DNA from: SAR86 cluster bacterium
GTDB lineage: Bacteria; Pseudomonadota; Gammaproteobacteria; Magnimaribacterales; TMED112
Assembly (NCBI GenBank): GCA_003331635.1
Contig: QOPH01000002.1
Location: 210,412 to 274,411, forward strand
Length of the DNA stretch: 64,000 bases
Reading direction: 5' to 3'
Below, piece by piece: positions 19,785 to 27,503 of this stretch; position 1 is the stretch's first letter; each line of letters opens with the position of its first letter. The position numbers and the translations under genes are program-made. Below the pieces are notes generated by a model. The model was given only the letters and a program-made list of their open reading frames with translations, ran no database searches and was not told the DNA's origin.

Positions 19785-20724
19785 GCAAATAACAAAATGG
19801 TACAGGGCAAAGGGTCGAAATAATTTGCCCTGGCGAGAAAATATTACTCCCTACAAAGTGTGGATTTCTGAAATTATGTTACAGCAGACACAGGCTAAGA
19901 CTGTTGTAAATTATTTTGAAAACTTTATCTCTCATTATCCTACATTTGAAGATTTTAAATCTGCTTCTGAAGAGGACGTGCTTTCTCTTTGGAAAGGTTT
20001 AGGTTTTTATAGAAGAGCTCGTAATTTATACAAAGCAAAAGAAATAATCCTCAAAAAGTTTAATGGGAAGCTGCCAAATTCTTTTGAAAATTTGATTACA
20101 CTTCCGGGTATTGGCAAATCTACTGCTGGAGCTATTCTTTCAATAGCCTACAAACTACCATATCCAATACTTGATGCAAATGTAAAGAGAGTTCTAACAC
20201 GATTATTCTTCAAAACCGATAGTAATGAAAAAGAACTCTGGGATCTTTCAAGTCAGATGCTTGATAAAAAAAATGTCGATGATTTTCAGCAAGGAATAAT
20301 GGATTTAGGAGCAACTGTATGTACTCCAAAAAATGCCTTGTGTGGAGAGTGCCCATTGAACAAACAATGTGTATCGTTTTCTAAGGGAGAGCTGCCAAAT
20401 GTAAATGTTAAAAAAATTAATAAAAAAAATGTATATATTGAATTTGAAATATATGAAAAAAATAAAAAAATATTTTTAGTTAAAAATAATAAACTTGGTT
20501 TTTGGGATGGTTTATGGATTATGCCTATGGCAAAAACTAAACAACTCAAGACTGAGCTTATTCATAAACTTTCTCATAGAAATTTACATATTTCATTTGC
20601 AAATAAATCAAAAGATGAATTAAAGAGTGAAGGAAAGTGGTTTGATATTGCTCAGTTAAGTAAACTTCCCACACCAAAACCAATATCTGATAAATTATCT
20701 GTATATGTCCAAAATTTTTTGTAA
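19750..20724 (+). CDS. mutY: A/G-specific adenine DNA glycosylase
   Basis: HhH-GPD motifs (MLQQTQ, LPGIGKSTAGAI), the 4Fe-4S cluster CTPKNALCGECPLNKQC, and a NUDIX-like C-terminal domain. The start is ambiguous (19741 or 19750); both lie inside the gpmA 3' end. Confidence 0.88.
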   Translation: MKTNYKESSTGKQITKWYRAKGRNNLPWRENITPYKVWISEIMLQQTQAKTVVNYFENFISHYPTFEDFKSASEEDVLSLWKGLGFYRRARNLYKAKEIILKKFNGKLPNSFENLITLPGIGKSTAGAILSIAYKLPYPILDANVKRVLTRLFFKTDSNEKELWDLSSQMLDKKNVDDFQQGIMDLGATVCTPKNALCGECPLNKQCVSFSKGELPNVNVKKINKKNVYIEFEIYEKNKKIFLVKNNKLGFWDGLWIMPMAKTKQLKTELIHKLSHRNLHISFANKSKDELKSEGKWFDIAQLSKLPTPKPISDKLSVYVQNFL

Positions 20725-20968
20725 AAAATATCAAACAGAACTAGATGCTTTAGATATTGCTCCAGTTCCTGGTGAAAAAGGTCAATATATTAAAGATAAC
20801 TACTCCGCAAAAGCATGGTCTGATTGGTTAGATTTACAGACAATGCTTATCAACGAAAATCAACTAGATTTGTCGAATAAAGATAATAGAAAATGGCTGA
20901 ATGATCAAATGGAAAAGTATCTAAATAATGCTGACTATCAGAAGCCTTCAGGTTATATACCTCAATAG
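20705..20968 (+). CDS. yggX: Fe(II)-trafficking / oxidative damage protection protein YggX
   Basis: 87 aa. MSKIFCKKYQ...AWSDWLDLQTMLINENQL aligns by eye with E. coli YggX. mutY-yggX synteny is present. Confidence 0.9.
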   Translation: MSKIFCKKYQTELDALDIAPVPGEKGQYIKDNYSAKAWSDWLDLQTMLINENQLDLSNKDNRKWLNDQMEKYLNNADYQKPSGYIPQ

Positions 20969-22078
20969 TTAAGAATTTTCGGCAAGTCTTAATGATGTTG
21001 AAGATATGTCGTCTCTGAATATCTGCTCATCAAATCCTGTAAAACGTTCTTTTATAAAGTCAGGTACATCAATATCAGCTAAAGTAATGAACTTTTCATT
21101 TAGTTTCCTACCAAAAACTAAGAACTTATTATTATTCTCATTGAATATACTAAATTCACTAAGCATATCCTTATAGCTAGGATAAAATCTCTCATCTAAC
21201 ATTCTAGTTAAAGTGTCTGCTCCAATCACAAAAGTAGACCCTTTAAACATCTTGGCTTTATCAGGAAATTTACCTGCTTTAGTTAAAACCCAGCAATCTT
21301 TGTTTGTAAATTGAGATAAGGTGTCTTTAATGTGGTGATAGCTAAGAGGTGGCTTGTCTGCATTCTGAATACAAATTTCAAAATAAGCTTTATCGCCAGT
21401 TTTTTTCTCAGCTAATTCTTGCATTTTTCTATGGCCTTCATGAATAGGATTAAATGTTCCAGGAAATATTAAATTTGGCATTTGATCATTTGAAGAAACA
21501 AATAAAGAATCATCGCTCATAAGGTCGATCCATTCCTTTTTGCCCTCAACTTTTTCAGCTTTAAACTCCTCTGAAATTTTTGGATATGAGTATTCAAGTG
21601 CAGAAGACTCGGCGAGTAGTGCTATGACAAATTCAGTTACAAGTGCTTCCTCTTCCTCTCTTGTCCTTTCACCTTTTTTCAAAACACACGAAATACTTTT
21701 TGAATATGTTTCAGTCTGTAAGGCAATATGGAATCTGTGCTCTCCTCTTTTCTCATAAGTTGTTGATAATGTTGCTGTAATTGCCACCCCAAAAAGTTTA
21801 CTAACATCAGAATCAGGATCTATTTTTTTAGCGGCACTATAAGCTCTTGCTGCCATACGCAAGGTTGTATCTTTAGAGCAGTAAAAATCTGGTTTTCTAA
21901 GAAGATAAAAATCCAATGATTCTTTAGCATAAGGAATATATGCTTCAAGAACAGAATTGCTAGCACCAGGAACTTTAAGCAAAGTCCCAACTGCATTGCT
22001 CCCACCTCCACTAGAAACAATTACAAATTTAAAATCTGTCTTATGCAGTTCTTGAATTATTTTTAAATTATCTTTCAT
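20969..22078 (-). CDS. fusion protein: CinA C-terminal/PncC-like domain + HxGH nucleotidyltransferase (NMNAT/NadD-like) domain
   Basis: 369 aa. The N-terminal half has VSSGGGSNAVGTLLKVPGASNSVLEAYIPY, resembling the PncC ESCTGG...VPGSS region. The C-terminal half has the GTFNPIHEGHRKM HIGH-type motif and a downstream IGADT-type region. Confidence 0.7.
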   Translation of the reverse strand: MKDNLKIIQELHKTDFKFVIVSSGGGSNAVGTLLKVPGASNSVLEAYIPYAKESLDFYLLRKPDFYCSKDTTLRMAARAYSAAKKIDPDSDVSKLFGVAITATLSTTYEKRGEHRFHIALQTETYSKSISCVLKKGERTREEEEALVTEFVIALLAESSALEYSYPKISEEFKAEKVEGKKEWIDLMSDDSLFVSSNDQMPNLIFPGTFNPIHEGHRKMQELAEKKTGDKAYFEICIQNADKPPLSYHHIKDTLSQFTNKDCWVLTKAGKFPDKAKMFKGSTFVIGADTLTRMLDERFYPSYKDMLSEFSIFNENNNKFLVFGRKLNEKFITLADIDVPDFIKERFTGFDEQIFRDDISSTSLRLAENS

Positions 22079-22151
22079 TTTTCTACATTCACATTTTATC
22101 AGGAAGTTGTATTATATTGAGCTTGTTAATTTTTTTAAATTAATTTGGTTT

Positions 22152-22227
22152 GCCCAGATAGCTCAGTTGGTAGAGCAAAGGACTGAAAATCCTTGTGTCG
22201 GTAGTTCGATTCTACCTCTGGGCACCA
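22152..22227 (+). tRNA. tRNA-Phe (anticodon GAA)
   Basis: GCCCAGATAGCTCAGTTGGTAGAGCAAAGGACTGAAAATCCTTGTGTCGGTAGTTCGATTCTACCTCTGGGCACCA. It folds as a cloverleaf with a 7-bp acceptor stem, anticodon loop CTGAAAA, a GTTCGATTC T-loop and an encoded CCA. Confidence 0.95.
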
Positions 22228-22261
22228 TTAATGTTAAGTTCAATTTAACAGTCTTCGATTT

Positions 22262-22564
22262 TTAAAGAACTCTATCAGTAGAATATTCTACTTTGAATTC
22301 ATCACATAAATTTCTAAGGTCTTCAACTGTAAATTTTTCCTCAAAATTAAATGCTTTCCAAAAACAGCAAATAATAAACTTCGCCACATGTTTTTGATGA
22401 ACTGTCAAAAAATATTCATATTCATCAGTTCCCCAAAATTCTTTTACGCCCTCTCCCAGATCATGTTCGCAAAAATGTAGGTTGCCCTGGTTATCAAAAT
22501 CACAATGGACATTATGATTAATTTTTCCTAAATTACATTTAAATACTTGCATATTTTCCTCCAT
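22262..22564 (-). CDS. hypothetical Cys/His-rich cytoplasmic protein (100 aa)
   Basis: No family recognised. The N-terminal 35 residues carry C10, H17, H20, C21, H30, C32 and H34. It is divergent from the metal operon. Confidence 0.5.
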   Translation of the reverse strand: MEENMQVFKCNLGKINHNVHCDFDNQGNLHFCEHDLGEGVKEFWGTDEYEYFLTVHQKHVAKFIICCFWKAFNFEEKFTVEDLRNLCDEFKVEYSTDRVL

Positions 22565-22702
22565 AAATTATGTGCCCATAATTAGGCATATTGATGTGAG
22601 TAATGGGATTTGAAATAAGGATTTATTTCTATAGTTACACTTATATATATGTGGGTTTTATAAAGAAGTTCAATATTACTGATAGAATATATTTATGTTA
22701 TT

Positions 22703-22719
22703 ATACCCCCCATGGGTAT
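22703..22719. promoter_or_regulatory. candidate CsoR/RcnR-family operator (ATACCC-N5-GGGTAT palindrome containing a C6 tract)
   Basis: ATACCCCCCATGGGTAT has perfect 6-bp inverted arms and a G/C tract flanked by AT-rich arms, as in known CsoR/RcnR operators. It overlaps the ATG (22712) of the first gene of an operon that ends in a csoR-like gene. Confidence 0.6.
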
Positions 22720-23311
22720 TAGGATTTTTTTAATTTTGGCTGCTATATCATTTGGACTTGATGCAAGGCCTATTTCTTATACAGGTGGTTCAACTGTCAT
22801 GGCATTTTCAGAAAACATGAAAAATTCTATCTACTATCACTATTCGCCATCTTATAAATATTCGATTGGAATAGAAAAACTTAAAGATAAATATTTTAAT
22901 GATGATTATTCATACGCAAGATTTACATATCTAATTAATAGAAAAAATACAGAAAAATCCCAAAGAAACTTGTATTTTCAGTCAGGTATTAGTTCAGAAG
23001 GGTTAAGTGAGTATTTTTATGGTGTGCATGGAGATTGGGAGACAAGAAGGTTATTCATTGGTTTTGGATTAAAAGAAACCAAAAAACAAATACAAGAATA
23101 TTTCGAACAATACTACCAAGTTGGTATAGCACCATATCTTGGTGATTATGGTGATTTGCATACTTGGGTAATGTTAAAGTCTAAAAAAAACTCTCTCACA
23201 GAAAAATGGTCAACTTATCCAGTGTTGAAGTTTTTTAAAGGTAACTCTTTAATAGAAATTGGTTATAACAATATAACTAATTGGGATGTTCACTTAATGT
23301 ATAGATTTTAG
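22712..23311 (+). CDS. secreted protein, putative small outer-membrane beta-barrel
   Basis: 199 aa with a signal peptide (MGIRIFLILAAISFGLDA). It has repeated short amphipathic aromatic-rich segments and ends in LMYRF, with a C-terminal Phe as in OM barrels. No family recognised. Confidence 0.55.
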   Translation: MGIRIFLILAAISFGLDARPISYTGGSTVMAFSENMKNSIYYHYSPSYKYSIGIEKLKDKYFNDDYSYARFTYLINRKNTEKSQRNLYFQSGISSEGLSEYFYGVHGDWETRRLFIGFGLKETKKQIQEYFEQYYQVGIAPYLGDYGDLHTWVMLKSKKNSLTEKWSTYPVLKFFKGNSLIEIGYNNITNWDVHLMYRF

Positions 23312-23319
23312 GAGGAATT

Positions 23320-23721
23320 ATGAAAAAACTATTTTTATTAAGTATTTTTACGTTGATAACTTGGGCAGAGAACCCACACGATCATATGCATCATTCGCAT
23401 GAAGGTCATCTTCATGAACAGCTAGTAGATGGAAAAAAACTAGAAGTTGATCCGATTAGGTTTGATAACTTTGTTATGGGTCTAGAGAATTCTCAAATTG
23501 CAATCGTAAATGTCAAAGGAATGGTATGTGATTTTTGTGCCAGAGGAATAGAGAAGACATTTAAAAAAGACATAAATGTTAAAAAAATTGATGTTGACCT
23601 TAGCAAGGGAAAGGTTTTGATTGCCTACAAAAATAATAAAAAAATTAAATTTGATGAGATCAAAGAGAAAATTTTGATTAACGGTCAAAATGCAATTGAT
23701 ATGGCAATCTTAAATCTTTAA
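23320..23721 (+). CDS. periplasmic heavy-metal-associated (HMA) domain protein with His-rich N-terminal stretch
   Basis: 133 aa with the signal peptide MKKLFLLSIFTLITWA, the His-rich run HDHMHHSHEGHLHE, and an HMA fold with GMVCDFCARGIEK (CxxC). AGGAGG RBS at 23310-23315. Confidence 0.85.
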   Translation: MKKLFLLSIFTLITWAENPHDHMHHSHEGHLHEQLVDGKKLEVDPIRFDNFVMGLENSQIAIVNVKGMVCDFCARGIEKTFKKDINVKKIDVDLSKGKVLIAYKNNKKIKFDEIKEKILINGQNAIDMAILNL

Positions 23722-23726
23722 ATACT

Positions 23727-24092
23727 ATGCAAGATAGATCGGCAAATTTTTTATCTCTATTTGCATCTTCGTCAACTTTAATTTGTTGTGCGCTGCCTTC
23801 TTTATTTGTTGTTATTGGTGCTGGTGCTTCTTTTGCAAACTTAATTACAGTTTTTCCATTTCTAATTGTCTTATCACAATATAAGCTGTACATAACCATA
23901 TTTGCATTTGTAGTAATTGTTTTTGCTGGATATGTTAATTATAAAACCTATTACATGCCTTGCCCTGCTGATCCTGAATTGGGTAGGTTATGCATGCAAA
24001 CAAGAAAACGTTCAAGATATATTTACTACTTTTCTGCAGCATTATTTATTTTTGCGACAATATTTACCTACATTATTCCAATGATCATATGA
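23727..24092 (+). CDS. MerT-like three-helix metal permease
   Basis: 121 aa with three TM helices. There is a vicinal Cys pair in TM1 (LICCALPSLF) and a second Cys pair in the TM2-TM3 loop (PCPADPELGRLC). This is the MerT layout. Confidence 0.7.
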   Translation: MQDRSANFLSLFASSSTLICCALPSLFVVIGAGASFANLITVFPFLIVLSQYKLYITIFAFVVIVFAGYVNYKTYYMPCPADPELGRLCMQTRKRSRYIYYFSAALFIFATIFTYIIPMII

Positions 24093-24349
24093 AACATCCA
24101 TGTCATAAAAAACAAGTTCCTAGCCTAAAAAGAGTCGAAGGACAAATTCGTGGAATAATCAAAATGATTGATGATGACAAATACTGTATTGATATTTTAA
24201 ATCAAATTAAAGCAGTAAAAAGTGCTATAACAAGTGTTGAAGGAAAAGTATTAAAAACGCACATGAAAGAATGTGTTAAAGATGCTTTAAAAAGTGAAAA
24301 GGACTTTGACAATAAAGTTAATGAAATATTCAAATCTTTGAAAAGGTAG
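24089..24349 (+). CDS. csoR: CsoR/RcnR/FrmR-family metal-sensing transcriptional repressor
   Basis: Track ORF trimmed to the ATG at 24089 (ATGA overlap with the MerT-like stop). The sequence MKHPCHKKQVPSLKRVEGQIRGIIKMIDDDKYCIDILNQIKAV...LKTHMKEC carries C33, H58 and C62 (the x-C-H-C pattern) plus His3. Confidence 0.85.
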   Translation: MKHPCHKKQVPSLKRVEGQIRGIIKMIDDDKYCIDILNQIKAVKSAITSVEGKVLKTHMKECVKDALKSEKDFDNKVNEIFKSLKR

Positions 24350-24495
24350 TATCCAAAACTAAAATCAAATATTCAGATATAATTTTGAACTGTGAAAAAA
24401 TTTAAAATCCATTTAGCCACCTACGCATCAAAAGTTCTAGTATTTATTATGAATCTTTATATGAAATACAAAGCTAAAGTAAGATAACATTTCCT

Positions 24496-25512
24496 ATGAA
24501 TTATGTGAATAACCGTTTTTTACTTCAAAAAAGACCAACTGGAATGCCAGAAGATGATTGTTGGATAATGGACTCAGAAAAAATTACTGATCTAAAAGGA
24601 CAAGAGATTCTGATTAAGGCTGAATATCTCTCAATTGATCCGTATATGAGAGGCAAGATGAACGATAGTATCTCGTATACTCCTCCATTAAAAATTGGAG
24701 AAGTTATGGTTGGTGAAAGTGTAGGTAGAGTAATTGAATCAAAGTCAAAAAATTATGCAGTTGGAGATTTAGTAACAGTTCATCAGGGTTGGCAAACTTA
24801 TATAAGAACTAAAGATTCAGACCCTTCCATTCTTAAAGTGCCTGGAAGTAAATTAAATAGCAGTGTATTTTTAGGAACATTGGGCATGCCAGGTAGAACA
24901 GCATATTTTGGATTAAATTATGTTGGCAAACCTCAACCTGGAGAAACCCTTGTAGTATCTGCAGCATCAGGAGCAGTTGGAGGTGTAGTTGGACAACTTG
25001 GAAAACTTACGGGCTGCAAAGTTATTGGAATTGCTGGTGGACCAGAAAAATCAAAATACGTTACTGAAGAATTGAAGTTTGATCAGTGTATTGATTATAA
25101 AAACGAAAGTGTTGTAGAGAAGCTGGAAAAATATTGTCCCAATGGGATTGATATCTATTTTGAAAATGTTGGTGGTGAAATAACAAAAATGGTATCTAAA
25201 TTCTTAAATAAGAATGCTCGGGTTCCAATATGTGGTTTTATCTCAAAATATAATTCAACAAATATTGCTGGTGAGGAAACACCTTTTCATGTCCTTGGTG
25301 CTTTGAACCCAATGCCAAAACATAGATTTTTTGTTGTGACTGAGTGGTTAAATCAGTTTGAAAAAGCAACATCCATTCTTCATGAGCATGTTAAAAATAG
25401 TGATATAAAATTTAGAGAAACTATTACAGCTGGGTTTGAGAATGCACCACAAGGCTTGAGAGATGTTTTAAGTGGTAGAAACTTTGGCAAACAAATTATT
25501 AAAATTGCTTAA
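24496..25512 (+). CDS. NADP-dependent alkenal/enone oxidoreductase (MDR family, YncB/PTGR1-like)
   Basis: 338 aa with the nucleotide-binding motif AASGAVGGVVGQLGKLTGCKVIGIAG. The N-terminus (NRFLLQKRPTGMP) and C-terminus (GKQIIKI) are typical of this subfamily. Confidence 0.85.
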   Translation: MNYVNNRFLLQKRPTGMPEDDCWIMDSEKITDLKGQEILIKAEYLSIDPYMRGKMNDSISYTPPLKIGEVMVGESVGRVIESKSKNYAVGDLVTVHQGWQTYIRTKDSDPSILKVPGSKLNSSVFLGTLGMPGRTAYFGLNYVGKPQPGETLVVSAASGAVGGVVGQLGKLTGCKVIGIAGGPEKSKYVTEELKFDQCIDYKNESVVEKLEKYCPNGIDIYFENVGGEITKMVSKFLNKNARVPICGFISKYNSTNIAGEETPFHVLGALNPMPKHRFFVVTEWLNQFEKATSILHEHVKNSDIKFRETITAGFENAPQGLRDVLSGRNFGKQIIKIA

Positions 25513-25529
25513 AAACTGACTGTTAATCT

Positions 25530-26006
25530 TTATTTTCTTCTGTCTCTACTTGATGAATGTGTATGTAGCACCTTCCAGTTGCCTTCAATACGCTTTAGCA
25601 GAAAAGTTTGATGGCCTGTTTTATCGAATTCATAATCATTACGTCTTACCTTCCCTCTAACTTCTGTATCTGCAATAACCCAAGCAAAATCTCCCTCAAT
25701 CCTTATATCTATATTCAGAAAATTTAATTCTAGAAAATATAATGCATCTTTTTCAGGCTCAACGTGATTTTCTATTAAATCTTGTAGGCCTATATTTTGT
25801 CCACCAGACTCAAAATACTTAGCTCCTTCAAAATCAAGAAAATGCTTTGAAAATGGTGCTCCATCGCCATTTTCCCAACCGTACTTAATATCATCAATAA
25901 TTGCCATTATTTTTTTCTCATCTGAAGCGTTCAAACTAATGGCAAACATCAAAGTACAAAAGAAAAAGGCTTTCAATTTTAGTGAAATAAATTTCGTTTT
26001 ACTCAT
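25530..26006 (-). CDS. secreted NTF2-like (SnoaL/DUF4440-type) protein
   Basis: 158 aa with a signal peptide. The cone-fold pattern is W..GD...F...F, ending in NWKVLHTHSS. Confidence 0.55.
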   Translation of the reverse strand: MSKTKFISLKLKAFFFCTLMFAISLNASDEKKIMAIIDDIKYGWENGDGAPFSKHFLDFEGAKYFESGGQNIGLQDLIENHVEPEKDALYFLELNFLNIDIRIEGDFAWVIADTEVRGKVRRNDYEFDKTGHQTFLLKRIEGNWKVLHTHSSSRDRRK

Positions 26007-26406
26007 TCCTGTATTTTATTAAAAAATAGCCCATTAAAGCTGAAAAAATTTCAATTACTGTATAGAAAAGAAATATTGGATAGGGAAAGCCATCAATTAT
26101 AATGCTAAGTATTCGTCCAAGAGCAATACCTGTCATAAAAATTGTCATGCTCCAAAGTGCTGCTAGTCTCAAAGATTTCTTAAAAGCACCAGCTACCCAA
26201 AAAATTGATAAAGCGATATATAAACCCATAATTGCTCGAAAAATATTGGCAAGATTTGCACTGTTAACTTCTATATCGTAAAGATACTTTAATGTTATCT
26301 CAGGGTATAAACCATAACTAAGTGAAACAGCTAACACACCGGGTGCAATTAATAATAAACAAAGTGATTCTCTAGTCATAATCTTTAAAAGTTTTCTCTT
26401 ATCCAC
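25999..26406 (-). CDS. four-helix membrane protein (DUF4345-like)
   Basis: 135 aa and hydrophobic. The start may instead be the ATG at 26379. It is tightly coupled to its flanking genes. Confidence 0.5.
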   Translation of the reverse strand: MDKRKLLKIMTRESLCLLLIAPGVLAVSLSYGLYPEITLKYLYDIEVNSANLANIFRAIMGLYIALSIFWVAGAFKKSLRLAALWSMTIFMTGIALGRILSIIIDGFPYPIFLFYTVIEIFSALMGYFLIKYRNE

Positions 26407-27413
26407 TTCTCAATGGCAATATTTACTTCCTGTGGTTTTTCTCTTTGCATCCAATGGCCACATGCAATTTCATCTTCAGTTAAATTTGTGCACACCATTT
26501 TATTATGTGTATTCAGATTCTTAGTTAAAACACTATCATAGGTTGCTTGAATGAATAAAACTGGGCAATCAATAGTTGTAAAATTTTTTAACTCTTTTGC
26601 ATACTCATCATTGGCTTTACCATTTACGTACCAAGAATTTGGCCCAAAGAAACCGTTGGTTTTAAGAAAATCACCATAAATTTTTATTTCTTCAGGTGAG
26701 ATTACATCTTCATCGACTGACACTTCGGGTATTGTATTTAGACCTTTGAAACCATAATGTCTAAACCAACCACCATTTTTAATTATCGATGCAGTCATAG
26801 ATCTTGCACCTCCTTTTGTATTAAAAACTCCTCTAAATTCATCTGTTGGCTGAGTAAAATTTAATGTAAGCATTTTATGGGGATCTTCTTCCATTTGTTG
26901 GCAAGCTAAATCAAAATTTTCGTAGTAGAAATATTGATAGTCCCATTGACCATATGAGTATTCATCTTCTGGATAGAGATTTCTATCAATATGATCTAAG
27001 TAGCTGTCTGGATGCCCTCCCCAGCCAAAAGGCACACATAAGCTTGCTAATCCTTTGACAGTTTCTGGATGATGAAGGCCAATATTCCAAACGACTGGAG
27101 AACCCCAATCATGACCAATCCATATAGCTTCCTTTATATTAAAGCTATCAAATAACTCCATCATATCTGCAACAATTTCTTTTTGACAATACGCTGATTT
27201 ATCTTGGTGAATTGTGCTCTTACCATATCCCCGCATGTCAGGTGCAATAGCGTGGAACCCTAAACCTCCAAGATGTTTTAGTTGATGATGCCATCCTAAA
27301 GATAAATCTGGCCATCCATGAATAAAAATTGCCAATGGTCCATCTTCAGGACCACATGATAAATAAAATGTAGTATGCCTTTGTGTTGATAACTTATTTT
27401 CTTTAATTTTCAT
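26385..27413 (-). CDS. epoxide hydrolase-like alpha/beta hydrolase
   Basis: 342 aa with the oxyanion motif HGWPDLSLGWHHQ, the Asp nucleophile elbow GHDWGS, and the C-terminal catalytic His in CGHWMQRE. Confidence 0.8.
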   Translation of the reverse strand: MKIKENKLSTQRHTTFYLSCGPEDGPLAIFIHGWPDLSLGWHHQLKHLGGLGFHAIAPDMRGYGKSTIHQDKSAYCQKEIVADMMELFDSFNIKEAIWIGHDWGSPVVWNIGLHHPETVKGLASLCVPFGWGGHPDSYLDHIDRNLYPEDEYSYGQWDYQYFYYENFDLACQQMEEDPHKMLTLNFTQPTDEFRGVFNTKGGARSMTASIIKNGGWFRHYGFKGLNTIPEVSVDEDVISPEEIKIYGDFLKTNGFFGPNSWYVNGKANDEYAKELKNFTTIDCPVLFIQATYDSVLTKNLNTHNKMVCTNLTEDEIACGHWMQREKPQEVNIAIEKWIRENF

Positions 27414-27475
27414 ATTAATTTTATCTAAATGAAAATTTTACTGTACATAATCTAAATGTCATGTATCGTATTGCA

Positions 27476-27503
27476 TTAAGATTTCATTTTTTGGAAATCT
27501 TAA
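27476..27503 (+). promoter_or_regulatory. AU-rich 10-bp hairpin in the cold-shock gene leader, abutting the SD
   Basis: TTAAGATTTC (27476-27485) pairs perfectly with GAAATCTTAA (27494-27503) around an 8-nt loop. The 3' arm runs into the SD AAGAGGAG (27502-27509). Confidence 0.35.

Noticed and set aside
23727-24092. Reading the HMA plus MerT-like pair as a classical mercury-resistance (mer) operon.
   Set aside because: No MerA reductase, MerR, MerB or MerD is anywhere in the window. The linked regulator is CsoR/RcnR-family and the operator is CsoR-like. Importing Hg(II) without MerA would be harmful. MerT-like is therefore used only as an architectural description.
24441-24479. A 12-codon mini-ORF (MNLYMKYKAKVR) just upstream of the enone reductase gene as a leader peptide.
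   Set aside because: It has no SD, no regulatory codon pattern and no associated attenuator hairpin. It is most likely a chance ATG in AT-rich spacer.
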